64,000 bases of DNA, taken from positions 201,893 through 265,892 of IMG/VR virus record IMGVR_UViG_3300027770_000026; one strand, given 5' to 3'. Positions within the stretch are counted from its first letter, which is position 1, and every line of letters starts with the position of its first letter. The notes below the pieces were generated by a model. That model had not been told where the DNA came from and made no database searches. It worked only from the letters and a program-made list of their open reading frames with translations. This document shows, in pieces, positions 28,006 through 38,445 of the stretch. The position numbers were made by a program, and so were the translations under genes.

Positions 28006-30147
28006 ATGGCCAAATTACTTACAACACTTAGCGGTAGAGTTAAAAAGGTAGCTGCAACGACTGCTGGCTATCCTCTAGCAGCGGACCCAACATGGATCAG
28101 TCTAAGAGAAGCTGAACCAAATTTAGGCGTACCTCCGGGCGTAAGTTATGTTTTGTCCAGTGATATAACTGGAACAAGATTTTGGACTCCAGCGATAGGC
28201 GATGTTGGCCCACAGGGCCCACAAGGCTTTACTGGATCAATAGGGTTTACCGGATCACGTGGACCACAAGGTCCACAAGGATTCACTGGTAGTAAAGGTC
28301 CACAAGGATTCACTGGTAGTATTGGACCACAGGGTGTAGGATTCACTGGATCTCGCTCTACTGTAGAAGGATTTACTGGATCAATAGGATACACCGGATC
28401 TCGCTCTACGGTAGAAGGATACACTGGATCAATAGGATTTGTTGGATCACGTGGTCCACAAGGCTTCACTGGTTCAGTTGGATTTGTTGGTAGTACTGGA
28501 TCAGGTTTCACTGGATCAATTGGCCCACAAGGCTTTACTGGTTCGATTGGTGCAGGCTTTACTGGCTCGCAGTCAACTACACTTGGTTACACTGGCTCAA
28601 CAGGCCCACAAGGCCCAGTTGGTTTTGTTGGAAGCTTGGGAACTGGTTTTACTGGATCTAGAGGCGCAGGCGCGCAAGGCCCGCAAGGTCCGTTGGGTTT
28701 TACTGGATCAATTGGTCCAACAGGACCACAAGGTTTTGCTGGATCGGTGGGCGGCACAGGTGGTTCAGGATACACGGGCAGTGCAAGTACAGTATCAGGT
28801 CCACAAGGCTACACTGGTAGTATTGGATATACCGGCAGCATCGGTGTACAAGGTCCACAAGGCTACACCGGTTCACGCGGCGCAGGGGCGCAGGGCCCGC
28901 AAGGATTCAATGGCTCACAAGGTTTTGTTGGCAGTGTTGGTCCACAAGGACCACAAGGACCACAAGGTCCACAAGGACCAATTGGCTATACAGGATCGCG
29001 TGGTTTTGTTGGTTCAGTTGGTGCACAAGGTCCGCAAGGATACACTGGCAGCATTGGCTTTACCGGCTCAGTTGGGGCACAAGGACCACAGGGCTATGTT
29101 GGCTCAGCTGGTAATACAGGCTCACAAGGTGTTGATGGTGCACAAGGTCCACAAGGCTATACAGGTAGCACGGGCGCACAAGGTCCACAAGGATATGTTG
29201 GCAGCATTGGCGCACAAGGTCCACAAGGTCCACAGGGCTACACCGGCTCTAGGGGCGCAACTGGCGCACAAGGTCCACAAGGTCCAACTGGCTTTACCGG
29301 ATCAGCGAGCATTGGATTCAGTGGAAGTGGTGTAGTTGGAGCACAAGGTCCACAGGGCTACACTGGTAGCCTTGGCTATGCTGGTAGTGTTGGATCAACA
29401 AATCCAAATGCTGATTTATTAGATGGGTATGACAGCTCAGAATTTGCTTTACTTGCAAGAGTAGAAAACAAATTCTCAGGCGACCTAAGAGTGTACATTG
29501 GTACAAACGTTAATAATGGTAGAATATATTTTACCGAGACCCAGCAAACATATCTAGCATATAATAGTTCAGACTGGGTAGTTAAGAGAAATGGCGGTTT
29601 ACTCGACGATACTGTATGGGATTCTGGTAACGATGGTGCGGGTTCGGGCCTAAACGCAGACTTATTAGATAGTTACCAAGGCTCACATGTTCTGTCTCAC
29701 GTAAATGCAACTAATACAACAATTACAGGTAGTACATATTATCCTGTAGTAGTAAGCACTAGTGGATCAAATACATTTGCTCGTGTAGACACTACAAACT
29801 TTAGCATTCAAAGTGGTACACTATATGCTACAGACTTTGCTTCTACATCGGATGCAAGACTTAAGGATGTAGTTGGATACCTAGGTAGTTCACTAGATCG
29901 TGTTAAGAGTATTAGTGGTGTAAACTACTACTGGAACGAAGCAGCTAAGAATCAAGGTATACTTGACAAGAAGTTGCAAGTTGGTGTTTTAGCACAAGAA
30001 GTGCAAAAGATACTACCAGAAGCGGTACACGAGCACGATGGTAGACTACATGTAGTGTACGATAAGTTGATTGCACTGTTAATTGAAGCTATAAAGGAAC
30101 TTGACGCTAAGATAGAAAACAAAGGCTGCAACTGTAGCTGCAAATAA
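28006..30147 (+). CDS. collagen-like tail fibre with C-terminal intramolecular chaperone (peptidase S74-like)
   Basis: Long G-X-Y tract (GPQ, GFT/GYT, GS-x), NADLLD repeats, SDARLK...GVLAQEV...EAIKEL. Confidence 0.85.
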   Translation: MAKLLTTLSGRVKKVAATTAGYPLAADPTWISLREAEPNLGVPPGVSYVLSSDITGTRFWTPAIGDVGPQGPQGFTGSIGFTGSRGPQGPQGFTGSKGPQGFTGSIGPQGVGFTGSRSTVEGFTGSIGYTGSRSTVEGYTGSIGFVGSRGPQGFTGSVGFVGSTGSGFTGSIGPQGFTGSIGAGFTGSQSTTLGYTGSTGPQGPVGFVGSLGTGFTGSRGAGAQGPQGPLGFTGSIGPTGPQGFAGSVGGTGGSGYTGSASTVSGPQGYTGSIGYTGSIGVQGPQGYTGSRGAGAQGPQGFNGSQGFVGSVGPQGPQGPQGPQGPIGYTGSRGFVGSVGAQGPQGYTGSIGFTGSVGAQGPQGYVGSAGNTGSQGVDGAQGPQGYTGSTGAQGPQGYVGSIGAQGPQGPQGYTGSRGATGAQGPQGPTGFTGSASIGFSGSGVVGAQGPQGYTGSLGYAGSVGSTNPNADLLDGYDSSEFALLARVENKFSGDLRVYIGTNVNNGRIYFTETQQTYLAYNSSDWVVKRNGGLLDDTVWDSGNDGAGSGLNADLLDSYQGSHVLSHVNATNTTITGSTYYPVVVSTSGSNTFARVDTTNFSIQSGTLYATDFASTSDARLKDVVGYLGSSLDRVKSISGVNYYWNEAAKNQGILDKKLQVGVLAQEVQKILPEAVHEHDGRLHVVYDKLIALLIEAIKELDAKIENKGCNCSCK

Positions 30148-30150
30148 AAT

Positions 30151-30172
30151 AAAGCCCCTTAATTGGGGCTTT
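30151..30172. terminator. bidirectional terminator between convergent genes
   Basis: AAAGCCCC-TTAATT-GGGGCTTT. Confidence 0.75.
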
Positions 30173-30175
30173 ACT

Positions 30176-31006
30176 TTATCGCTTATTACGTGCTATCGCA
30201 GCACCCCATTTTTCGTTAAACTCTCGCCATTCTCTTGCACCCATACTGTAGTATGTTGCATCATTGCGGAATATACCACTGATCAGATCATCTACAGCTC
30301 GTACTTCACCTGCACTGAGTGTTACAGCATTAAATCTGTAATCTTCAAAAGCTTCGCATGCAATCGGCAAGCGGGACTTGACCATATTGTACATAGCAGT
30401 AGCATAGTCGCAAATCTCTTCCTGCGCATGATTATCCATACGCAAGCGAATGTAGTGAAAGAAATTGTGTAGGTCAATCTTCCAATACATTTCGGTATAG
30501 TTAGCAACAGGTAACACAATACGTGCCAGTTCCCGTGTAGTGTCTACATTGGGATCAATCATGTGTCGATATTCTCTGTGTGCCTTTTCAAACGTTGAGG
30601 ACATGGCGTGTTGTACACTTTCCGCTTCAGCTACAGTATAAGTGCCATCTCGCCCTTGCTTGTTGACTAAACTTTGAGGTTTGATTTTATCTAACGGGGG
30701 TAAGTAAAAATCATCGCTCATTACACTGTATCTGCCACTGTACTCGTTCACGCTAGCGGTACGATGACGTAGGTGCTGGCGTGCTATGAAGATTGGCATC
30801 TTGAGTGCAAATTTAAGTTCAACCATCTCAAACGGGGTGGTATGCCAATGGCGCATTAGATAGCGAATCAATCCTCGATCGTCGCTAATACTTTTAGTAC
30901 CTTTGCCGTAACTAATACGGGCAGCATCTGCAATATCGTGATCACTGCCCATAAAGTCCATTAGTACAACACGCCCATGCTCGTGAACCTTAATCTCTTC
31001 AATCAT
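30176..31006 (-). CDS. thyX: flavin-dependent thymidylate synthase
   Basis: AARISY, HTTPFE, RHRTASVNEYSGRY, HAQEEI. Confidence 0.95.
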   Translation of the reverse strand: MIEEIKVHEHGRVVLMDFMGSDHDIADAARISYGKGTKSISDDRGLIRYLMRHWHTTPFEMVELKFALKMPIFIARQHLRHRTASVNEYSGRYSVMSDDFYLPPLDKIKPQSLVNKQGRDGTYTVAEAESVQHAMSSTFEKAHREYRHMIDPNVDTTRELARIVLPVANYTEMYWKIDLHNFFHYIRLRMDNHAQEEICDYATAMYNMVKSRLPIACEAFEDYRFNAVTLSAGEVRAVDDLISGIFRNDATYYSMGAREWREFNEKWGAAIARNKR

Positions 31007-31343
31007 CCTTTGATCCTTTAAGCAAAATTCTAACGTGTTCGGATATGTCGGAATGAAGTTCGTCTAGATCAATAACAAACTCAACAGCAGATATATCACC
31101 TATCTCTTCACAAACTCTCTCAATCAATGATTCAACATGTTCGTCATTATGATTCTTAAGTTCGTATAAATGTATCTTACCATTCTTAGCGTGGAAGCGA
31201 ATATCATTTACATATTCTAAAGGAACTTTTTCAATACTAATTTGACTGAGTGTTCGCTTCCACTGCTCTGCTGTTGAGCCTACAAACTTAACCCACCGTT
31301 GCAGTCTTGGGCGGCCTGCCCCGCTTTTTTTGGTCTTTGACAT
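30999..31343 (-). CDS. hypothetical protein
   Basis: ORF in operon with overlapping neighbours. Confidence 0.55.
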   Translation of the reverse strand: MSKTKKSGAGRPRLQRWVKFVGSTAEQWKRTLSQISIEKVPLEYVNDIRFHAKNGKIHLYELKNHNDEHVESLIERVCEEIGDISAVEFVIDLDELHSDISEHVRILLKGSKDD

Positions 31344-31902
31344 CAGTTACAGTAGTTGTAGTTGCAGTACTTGCTGCAAGTTGACGCAGTCTAGCTGCTT
31401 CCCTTTCATGGAACTCTGCTTGCATTAGCAATACATTATCGTTGGCAGCAGCTGGTACTACTGGTGTTGATACTATTGCTGCTAGTTCGTCTGAAACTAG
31501 ATTTCCGTAGAAAGGCTTTGATAGCATGTCTGCGTCCACTTTTTTCACATCAGTCTTGTTTAGAAGAATCTGATTAACTTCGTTTAGTGGAACAGATGTA
31601 GAAACATTAGGGGTTAGCAACACATTTTTAGTGTTAACTTTCTTAATGAATCCTTTAGAATGCAATACGTTTAGGATGTTATTACCATCACTAAAGAATC
31701 TACGACCTAATAGGTCTGCTAGATCAGCCGATTGCTGTCCTTCGTCGCTTTCAACTAGTTCCATGATTCGATCATGGTATGCTCTCGGAAGGTTTGCAGT
31801 TTCAGTAACTAGACAGTTGTGTGTCTCGTTTGGTACAGTCTTAAACAGTACTACTACTTTCTGTCCTGAATTCATCTTCCCTACGTGTTTAACATTAGCC
31901 AT
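31288..31902 (-). CDS. hypothetical protein with C-terminal AT-hook-like KKRGRPPK
   Basis: 204-aa ORF with SD GGAG. Confidence 0.7.
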   Translation of the reverse strand: MANVKHVGKMNSGQKVVVLFKTVPNETHNCLVTETANLPRAYHDRIMELVESDEGQQSADLADLLGRRFFSDGNNILNVLHSKGFIKKVNTKNVLLTPNVSTSVPLNEVNQILLNKTDVKKVDADMLSKPFYGNLVSDELAAIVSTPVVPAAANDNVLLMQAEFHEREAARLRQLAASTATTTTVTDVKDQKKRGRPPKTATVG

Positions 31903-31904
31903 AA

Positions 31905-32111
31905 TTAGGCTCCCTTAGTTTCTTCGGTTGGAGCAGGTTTAGGTTCTTTTGAATCTAAGAATGCTTCTACCTTTGCGTAAATCTCGCCAACGGCAACAAA
32001 TTCCTTAGTTTGGAATGCTCCCCTTTTAGAGGCAACGTCAACGATAGCAAGAAGATTCCTGATATCGGCGATACTTAGTGTTGGCTCTGGTGCTGTTGCA
32101 TTTTCTGTCAT
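31905..32111 (-). CDS. hypothetical protein
   Basis: SD AAGGAG; IVDVASKRGAF motif. Confidence 0.7.
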   Translation of the reverse strand: MTENATAPEPTLSIADIRNLLAIVDVASKRGAFQTKEFVAVGEIYAKVEAFLDSKEPKPAPTEETKGA

Positions 32112-32165
32112 AATAAACTCCTTAAAGTTGCATGCTGAATATTTAAGCATGCAACAGTGGCCAGT

Positions 32166-32191
32166 CAAAAAAAAGCCCCGTTGCCGGGGCT
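32166..32191 (-). terminator. rho-independent terminator after ligase
   Basis: AGCCCCG-GCAA-CGGGGCT then T-run on minus strand. Confidence 0.85.
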
Positions 32192-32202
32192 AAGGTAAAT
32201 CG

Positions 32203-33513
32203 TTAAATCTTTTCGCCTCGTAGGTTACGGAAGCGCACAAAGCGAGGGAAGCGTAGACTGTAACTGCCGTCCTGATTCTGTGTTACGGCATCGGCCATCA
32301 CTTCAACCAGTTCGCCAGTAACGGAACTAGCATTAAGCCAAAAATCGTCACGCTGTTCATCGCTAAAGCCACTGCCTACGTTAACCTGGATAGTGCGTCC
32401 GTTATCCACGCCTTCACATACCAAAGCACCCAAACGTCCTTCATTCTTACCCGTTCCTTCTTCTAATCCCGTAACTGCAAGATCCACAGTAATTACAGGT
32501 TTGACCTTTAGCCATGCATGCGATCGCTTAAGTTCATAGAGCGCGCCGGGGTCCTTGACCATAATGCCTTCATAACCACCTGTAATGGCACTTGCGTTGA
32601 TCTCACGGAAACGCTGCTGCCCTGCATTGCTACTGAGATCAACCAACTCCTGTTCCACTACCCGCACGTTTGGCAGTGCAGATGATACTAAACTGTACCA
32701 AGTCATCAACTGTTCGCTGCGATTGCTCTGTACTTGAATACCAGCATCCTCAACGAACTCGTTCAATGGAATGATGTCAAACAAGTATAGCACTGCATCG
32801 CTAGCAGCAACATCAGTCTTACGATGTATCTGCTTCATGAGGTCTTGGAAGCTATTGCTCATTACCTCACCATCTAGTACCATTGGCTCTGTAAACTGCC
32901 CTGCAACCTTAGCAAGCTGACGCTTGATCCGTTCGAAGTTTACCAGTTCCTTGCCGCTGCGGCTGTACTGATCTACTCGACCATTGGGGTACACAATAGT
33001 GAGAACACGCACCCCATCCAACTTGACTTCGATAAACTTTTCGCCTGTCATCCGCTTGGGATGGTCAGTCCCATCGTGCGCCAACTGGCAAGTGAATACC
33101 GGTACCCGAAGATCCCCCCTGCCGGCATCTGCCAGCACGTCGTTGATAGTCTTTTCAGACGTACCACAACGCAAATCTTTAATAAGGATACGACGGTACC
33201 AATGGTTCCATTCGTTGTTAGTAGCACAGTCCATTGCTGCCTTGATAGCATCACGAGCAGCATGACCAGTCAGTTCGCGCTGACTAAGTTGGAAAGCGAG
33301 GTCACGGAATTCTTCCCAAGCAAGCCCCCGACCATTAACACCGCTACGCTCTGGCACTTGCTTAACACCAAAGGTAGTCAGTGCATCGTAGGTCAAACGC
33401 ACGCCGTGGAAAAACTCTTCGCAACCTTCTGTCAGTGCGCGAGAGACAATAGCAATTTTGTCCTTGCGTCCTGACGTAGCCTGCAGATCCAATACAACCT
33501 GTTCTGGTTTCAT
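32203..33513 (-). CDS. ATP-dependent DNA ligase
   Basis: EVKLDGVR (KxDG), LDGE, EGIMVK, WLKVK, SLRFPRF. Confidence 0.93.
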   Translation of the reverse strand: MKPEQVVLDLQATSGRKDKIAIVSRALTEGCEEFFHGVRLTYDALTTFGVKQVPERSGVNGRGLAWEEFRDLAFQLSQRELTGHAARDAIKAAMDCATNNEWNHWYRRILIKDLRCGTSEKTINDVLADAGRGDLRVPVFTCQLAHDGTDHPKRMTGEKFIEVKLDGVRVLTIVYPNGRVDQYSRSGKELVNFERIKRQLAKVAGQFTEPMVLDGEVMSNSFQDLMKQIHRKTDVAASDAVLYLFDIIPLNEFVEDAGIQVQSNRSEQLMTWYSLVSSALPNVRVVEQELVDLSSNAGQQRFREINASAITGGYEGIMVKDPGALYELKRSHAWLKVKPVITVDLAVTGLEEGTGKNEGRLGALVCEGVDNGRTIQVNVGSGFSDEQRDDFWLNASSVTGELVEVMADAVTQNQDGSYSLRFPRFVRFRNLRGEKI

Positions 33514-33905
33514 AGTGTGTAATCTACTCCCATATTAGCTAACTGTTGACGTGTTTCCGTAATCATTGCGTGTGGTACCTTAAAGGTAATCTTATTACTC
33601 TCGCTAAGGTCTTTGGCTTCCTTGAGCCCAATGTTAGTGCAGACACGAATCAATTTGATTAGTGCTACCTTGTGATTAGCAGGATAGTATTTGATATGAC
33701 AGACACGTTTAAATTCGCTAGCACCAGTTATCATTGAGAAGAATATAGATGACCGCACATCTTCTCCCAGTGTAGCCGATACGCTATCCCAAATAACCAT
33801 ACCCTCTTCGCTACCGTAGATTTCAGTAACGGTAGCAATGAAGCTTAATGAGCTATCAACTAACTCATTCTTTTGATTAACAGTGAGCTCTTCCCAGCTA
33901 GTCAC
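33510..33905 (-). CDS. protein with ribosomal bL12 C-terminal-like domain
   Basis: KVALIKLIR...IGLKEAKDL resembles bL12 KI.VIK.VR...LGLKEAK. Confidence 0.65.
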   Translation of the reverse strand: MTSWEELTVNQKNELVDSSLSFIATVTEIYGSEEGMVIWDSVSATLGEDVRSSIFFSMITGASEFKRVCHIKYYPANHKVALIKLIRVCTNIGLKEAKDLSESNKITFKVPHAMITETRQQLANMGVDYTL

Positions 33906-33914
33906 AGGAACTCC

Positions 33915-35147
33915 TTAGTGCTTCTTCTCAATGGGATAGTAAGCATGGTTACCAAAGGGCGGAACAATGCTCTCGGTGCCATGGATGATGAACACGGTAT
34001 CACAGTAGTCCGGCTTGCCCCATGCACCCCACGGATAACCGTCAGTGAACATGATGAACTTCTTAGGACGGATGTCATTCTCTTCCATCCAGTTCCAGTT
34101 AGCCATGAACTCAGTACCACCACCGCCGTGAATCTCATACGAGTTGAGATCGTAACGATTGCACTCGTCATATTCCTGCGGATTGTACACCTGAGTATCA
34201 AAGCACCATATCTTCAATTTGAAGTCACGGAACTGATCCATGATGCCCTGGATTTCGCCGAGGAAGTCACGCACCATCTGTTCCGAGATGCTACCGCTGA
34301 CGTCAATCGCAACACAGATGTCTACCGTCTCTTCGGGAAGCGAGCCGGGCAAGTAAATGCCGCTGCTCCAAGTCTTACGGTTGGGACGCTGCCAAGTGTA
34401 GTCTGCACGGATCAAGCTCTGGATCTGCTGACGCAGTAGTTCACGCCAGGAGATCTGCGGCTCCGTAAAGTCCTTGATCAGCTTCTTAACGAAGCCGGGA
34501 ATGTTACCAGCACCAGCACTCTTAGCAGCAGCAAGCACTGCCTCGCGGAACTCGTCACGCAGTTCCTTAGCCAACTCCTTGCTAATAGTAGGAGCCTTAC
34601 CGTTGCCGCCACCATCGCCGGATTCGCTGTCGCTCTTGCCCTTGCCTTCCTCGTCGCCTTCGCCGTCGCCAATCTCAAGATGGATGTCCAAGGTACTCTT
34701 ACCCTTGTACTTCTCTTCGTCCTTCTTGACGAGGTCATAGACCTCTTCGGTGAACATGCCGCGGAACTTGCGGTCATACAAGGGGGTGACCACCTTGATC
34801 AGTTCGCCAACACCACCGTCAACCAACTCTTGGTTAATCACGTAGTCGCCAGCCACGTTCCACAACACTTTGTCGCGGTCGCCTAAACGACCAAAGTGGT
34901 CAAGAACGCAGTGGCCAATCTCGTGACCTACCAAGAACTGTGTTTCTTTGATGCTGAGTTTGTTCACAAAGTCACGGTTGATGAACAAGCTCTTGCCGTC
35001 GGTGGCAGCAGTGGGGCACCAGCCCTCATCGGTCACATCGCAAATCTTGAGTCGCGTTGCAAGGTTGCCCCAAAAGGGTTGATTCATCAGCAAGCCAACG
35101 CGGGCTGTGATAATCTTCTTTTCAATTTCTGCGTAGCTCACTGTCAT
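33915..35147 (-). CDS. HExxH metallopeptidase + VWA domain protein (DUF2201-like)
   Basis: TAATDG, HEIGH, acidic linker, MIDAS DVSGS, GGGTEF, FTDG. Confidence 0.85.
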   Translation of the reverse strand: MTVSYAEIEKKIITARVGLLMNQPFWGNLATRLKICDVTDEGWCPTAATDGKSLFINRDFVNKLSIKETQFLVGHEIGHCVLDHFGRLGDRDKVLWNVAGDYVINQELVDGGVGELIKVVTPLYDRKFRGMFTEEVYDLVKKDEEKYKGKSTLDIHLEIGDGEGDEEGKGKSDSESGDGGGNGKAPTISKELAKELRDEFREAVLAAAKSAGAGNIPGFVKKLIKDFTEPQISWRELLRQQIQSLIRADYTWQRPNRKTWSSGIYLPGSLPEETVDICVAIDVSGSISEQMVRDFLGEIQGIMDQFRDFKLKIWCFDTQVYNPQEYDECNRYDLNSYEIHGGGGTEFMANWNWMEENDIRPKKFIMFTDGYPWGAWGKPDYCDTVFIIHGTESIVPPFGNHAYYPIEKKH

Positions 35148-35172
35148 TGCAATCTCCTTACCTTATGTTCGT

Positions 35173-35201
35173 ATTATACGAAAACGCTCAAAGAAATGCA
35201 A
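35173..35201 (-). promoter_or_regulatory. sigma70-like early promoter
   Basis: TTGCAT-17 bp-TATAAT. Confidence 0.7.
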
Positions 35202-35214
35202 CAACTAAATTCTC

Positions 35215-35269
35215 AATAGAATCAATGACTTACGCAGCCTAGAAAAGCTAGTAAAATCAATGACTTACG
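35215..35269. repeat. two direct copies of AATCAATGACTTACG
   Basis: 35220-35234 and 35255-35269. Confidence 0.85.
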
Positions 35270-35794
35270 CTAGAGTGCAGCGTACGGGATAGTGTTAGCT
35301 GATTCCATTTCCTGTTTGAGCTCAACCAAATCGTCAAATGTCAACCTGTTTGGGTCCAAACGCGGACTGTAAATAGCACTATTCTTTTCAGCTTCGATCA
35401 TCTCGCAGCTCACAACCCAATTACGACCACCGTTTTGTTTCTGCAGCATGTCGTCTACATACTCGCCAACATACTGAGCAAGCCCTTCGCAACTGATTAA
35501 GGGGAAGGTCTGCAACTTGCAATGACCCTTAACAGTAAGCTCGCGGAACGTGGTTACCAGTGGATCGTCTGCTTGGAGGATTACCGTATGGTCAAACCAA
35601 TCTTCCAGTTGACGCTTGATAGCCTTAAGGCCACCAAAATCCACAACAAAGCCCTGCTTGTCTAGATTGTCGCAACCAAATACAAACTTGAAGCTGCGGT
35701 CGTAACCATGCAGCATGTAGCAATCGGTATCACTCTTCCAATTGCGATAGGCACATGGGCCAATCTCCTTAAAGAACTTGGTACTAGTATACAT
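35270..35794 (-). CDS. queD: 6-carboxy-tetrahydropterin synthase
   Basis: C..LHGY, VVDFG, FDHT, SCEGLA, E..KNSA. Confidence 0.8.
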   Translation of the reverse strand: MYTSTKFFKEIGPCAYRNWKSDTDCYMLHGYDRSFKFVFGCDNLDKQGFVVDFGGLKAIKRQLEDWFDHTVILQADDPLVTTFRELTVKGHCKLQTFPLISCEGLAQYVGEYVDDMLQKQNGGRNWVVSCEMIEAEKNSAIYSPRLDPNRLTFDDLVELKQEMESANTIPYAAL

Positions 35795-35832
35795 AAAAAT
35801 TCCTGATGTTTAGATATTGTACTTATACAGCA

Positions 35833-36330
35833 TCAGGCAGCAAAGCCTAACAATTTCATAGCATAGTAATCTCGCAAGCCAGACCACTGCGACGAGTAGA
35901 TAGTAACGTACACTGTATATTCACGAATGGTAGATTCCCACGGACTGGTGTTACCAAAGTACTTGCCAGCCCCCCGCCGCCAAGTACCCATCTTTACACC
36001 AGGGATAGCGTTAAAGAAGCCCTGCACAAAAGAGTCCATTTCGTGTACTAAACTATCTTCAGCAGACCCATAAACATATGCGCTCATTATAGCAGTAACA
36101 TATCCCTCTTCCATAAAAAAAAGAGTAGAATCCTCGTCATCTTCGTTGAGACTACTATACTGTAGTCTCTCATCAAATTGAATGCGACTCATATACATGA
36201 AAGGAACGTTAGGGGCAAACAGGTGCTGCTTCTTGACCAGTACCGTAAAGACATCCTGAATTGGAATAATCTTTGGTTGGAGAGTCTCCAACAACTTAGT
36301 CAGCTTACGCTTGTTTGCCTGCTTGGTCAT
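35833..36330 (-). CDS. hypothetical protein
   Basis: 165-aa ORF coupled to upstream ORF (TAATG). Confidence 0.6.
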   Translation of the reverse strand: MTKQANKRKLTKLLETLQPKIIPIQDVFTVLVKKQHLFAPNVPFMYMSRIQFDERLQYSSLNEDDEDSTLFFMEEGYVTAIMSAYVYGSAEDSLVHEMDSFVQGFFNAIPGVKMGTWRRGAGKYFGNTSPWESTIREYTVYVTIYSSQWSGLRDYYAMKLLGFAA

Positions 36331-36518
36331 TAGTGAATCAACTCGCTAGCCGGCACTTCCAGTACAGCAGGAATACTGGCAATGTTTTGATTGCTGCGCA
36401 GCACCTTGAATACCGTGTCTGCACCTAGCTCTTCATCAATGAGAAGAGTGTCGCCGTCCCACCTTGCCAGAATTAGATTCTGTTCAAGGCACTTGAGAAT
36501 AGTGTTACGATAGCTCAT
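36330..36518 (-). CDS. hypothetical protein
   Basis: SD-like AAGGGG before ATG 36518. Confidence 0.55.
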   Translation of the reverse strand: MSYRNTILKCLEQNLILARWDGDTLLIDEELGADTVFKVLRSNQNIASIPAVLEVPASELIH

Positions 36519-36528
36519 ATGTTTCCCC

Positions 36529-36912
36529 TTACCAACTGGCCTGATAGTGAATGGTGCGTAGCAACTTAGTGTCTTCTTTGAGCCAATCAAGCACCTTACC
36601 CAACTGCTCTACGTCGAGCGCAATTTCGTCCTCGTCCATGTAGCTCTTGCCAAAGAAGGCTCCTTCGGTATGCGGTAACGATAAACCTTTTACTGCTTCA
36701 ACAATGTCCAGCAAGTCCGTAGCCGTTAGCGGAATATTCTGGCACTCGTCTACACCTCCCGCAAACTGCTGCACGATGTAACCGTGCAGGTTAGGATGCT
36801 TACGCCAGTAGGCCAGTTCGAGGTCATCGCCCGATTCTACCAAGTCAGTCGCGTCCGGATCCGTAGTCCAAACGCGATGCTCCTTACCAAACATCCACAT
36901 GTCAAGTCCCAT
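36529..36912 (-). CDS. conserved phage hypothetical protein (MGLD...YWRK...Y.ASW type)
   Basis: MGLDM, YWRKHPNLHG, YQASW. Confidence 0.7.
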   Translation of the reverse strand: MGLDMWMFGKEHRVWTTDPDATDLVESGDDLELAYWRKHPNLHGYIVQQFAGGVDECQNIPLTATDLLDIVEAVKGLSLPHTEGAFFGKSYMDEDEIALDVEQLGKVLDWLKEDTKLLRTIHYQASW

Positions 36913-36923
36913 GTCCTTACTCC

Positions 36924-38027
36924 TTACTTGGCGCTGACCGCAGCAGTGATGTACGCACCGTACTTCTTAGCAAACTCAGGGTAGGTCGTCATCTTGCTAC
37001 CCTGGAACACCAAACCGTACTGCTGCATCGCAACCTTGACAGCAAGGATGCAGATCTCGGTGTTGAAGTTATCCATCATGTAACGGAAGAAGCAGTCGAC
37101 CATGCCGTGCCACTCCTTGTCGTTAAGCTTACCCTTGTTCTTGGTGTAGTAGTCGCGCAGCTCGTAGCAGAGCGAAGTCATGAGACTGTACTGCGCACTG
37201 ATCTCCTTGATCTTGAGGTCCTTGACCTTACCCGACAACACATCGCCAGGATTAGGCAACTGACCGTTGGTCTTGCGGTGCGCCATGAACTTTACAGCCA
37301 AGCCTTCACCAACTGCGCCACTGACCAAGTCCATCACCGTGCTGTCGCTAGCAGCCTTGTCCTGCAGCATGTCGCTAACGAAATGCCAGCTACGGGGCGT
37401 AGCGAACGCACGACTGGCGCTGTTGGGGCTGAAGTCGTAGAGGTCGCCCTTAGCGTAGTTAAGGTAACCAACCACGTCCGGGTGGATGTTGTTATCCACA
37501 GCCCACAACATCCACGTATCAAAGTCTGCACGGACCTCCAAGTGAACGAAGCGATTAGCCAACGGAGCCGGCATGCGATACGTGACGCCACGGTCACCTT
37601 CGCGGTTACCTGCGGCAATGATCACCACGTTGTCGGGCAGTTCGTACTCGCCAATGCGGCGATTCAGCACCAGCTGGTATGCGCTGGCCTGCACCGCAGG
37701 AGCAGCAGAGTTGAGCTCGTCCAAGAACAGCACCACGTAGGGGTACTTCGCAGCCTGCTCCTTGCTGGGCAGTTCAGCCGGGGGAGCCCAACGCATACGA
37801 CCGCTAGTGCCGTCGAAGTACGGCATACCCTTGAGGTCGGTTGGGTCCAGCAACGCCAAACGCAGGTCAATCAGCAGACCGCCACCTGCGCGAGCAATCT
37901 GCGCAGCCATGTCGCTCTTGCCCAAGCCCGGCGGACCCCAGATGAAAACTGGACGCTTCGTGCGCATGGCCACGTCAACAGCCTTGCGGGCTTCGGTCAA
38001 CGTCACAGTGCGAATTTCGTGGGACAT
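36924..38027 (-). CDS. MoxR-like AAA+ ATPase
   Basis: GPPGLGKS, LFLDE, AAGN, LANRF, TPRSW. Confidence 0.9.
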   Translation of the reverse strand: MSHEIRTVTLTEARKAVDVAMRTKRPVFIWGPPGLGKSDMAAQIARAGGGLLIDLRLALLDPTDLKGMPYFDGTSGRMRWAPPAELPSKEQAAKYPYVVLFLDELNSAAPAVQASAYQLVLNRRIGEYELPDNVVIIAAGNREGDRGVTYRMPAPLANRFVHLEVRADFDTWMLWAVDNNIHPDVVGYLNYAKGDLYDFSPNSASRAFATPRSWHFVSDMLQDKAASDSTVMDLVSGAVGEGLAVKFMAHRKTNGQLPNPGDVLSGKVKDLKIKEISAQYSLMTSLCYELRDYYTKNKGKLNDKEWHGMVDCFFRYMMDNFNTEICILAVKVAMQQYGLVFQGSKMTTYPEFAKKYGAYITAAVSAK

Positions 38028-38056
38028 ATTCAACTCCTTGTTCTAACTGTAGGACT

Positions 38057-38085
38057 AGTATAAGTCCAATTTAATTCCGTGTCAA
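38057..38085 (-). promoter_or_regulatory. sigma70-like early promoter
   Basis: TTGACA-17 bp-TATACT, then SD AAGGAG. Confidence 0.8.
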
Positions 38086-38399
38086 GCCAAATTCAATTTG
38101 GGTTTGCGTTTTGCAATCAGCTCGCGCTCACGTTGGTGAGCCCAAGCCTTACCACGCCCCGTTTCCAGGATGGTGAGTTCAAAAGCCTCTGGCCCATACT
38201 CGCGCATCGCTTCGTAGAGGGGCCAGGGGCGGTGCTCACTGCGAGCACGATAAACGTGTTTCATAAAACGAGACTTTACACTGGAAAGCACCGTAGAGCA
38301 AGTCTTAGCAGTAATACCAATGTACTGCTTCTTGCCCAAACTCAGCATGTAAATTACATGAGTCCGATCGGTACGCTTTTTACGCTTCTTGCTTTCCAT
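38082..38399 (-). CDS. short GIY-YIG-like nuclease domain protein, probably leaderless
   Basis: HVIYML...QYIGIT, R..H, E.ELI, LN; ATG 6 nt after TATTAT. Confidence 0.65.
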   Translation of the reverse strand: MESKKRKKRTDRTHVIYMLSLGKKQYIGITAKTCSTVLSSVKSRFMKHVYRARSEHRPWPLYEAMREYGPEAFELTILETGRGKAWAHQRERELIAKRKPKLNLA

Positions 38400-38445
38400 G
38401 TTCGTATAATAGCGAACTGCAAGCGAAACCACAAGAAATATAATC

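Noticed and set aside
28439-29335. 298-aa HKV/HKA-rich alternative-frame ORF
   Set aside because: Frame-shifted read-out of the GPQ collagen repeats.
19836-30147. Diversity-generating retroelement acting on fibre genes
   Set aside because: No reverse transcriptase and no template/variable repeat pair with adenine-specific differences is seen.
37107-38063. 318-aa plus-strand ORF
   Set aside because: Antisense shadow of the GC-rich MoxR ATPase gene; no motifs.
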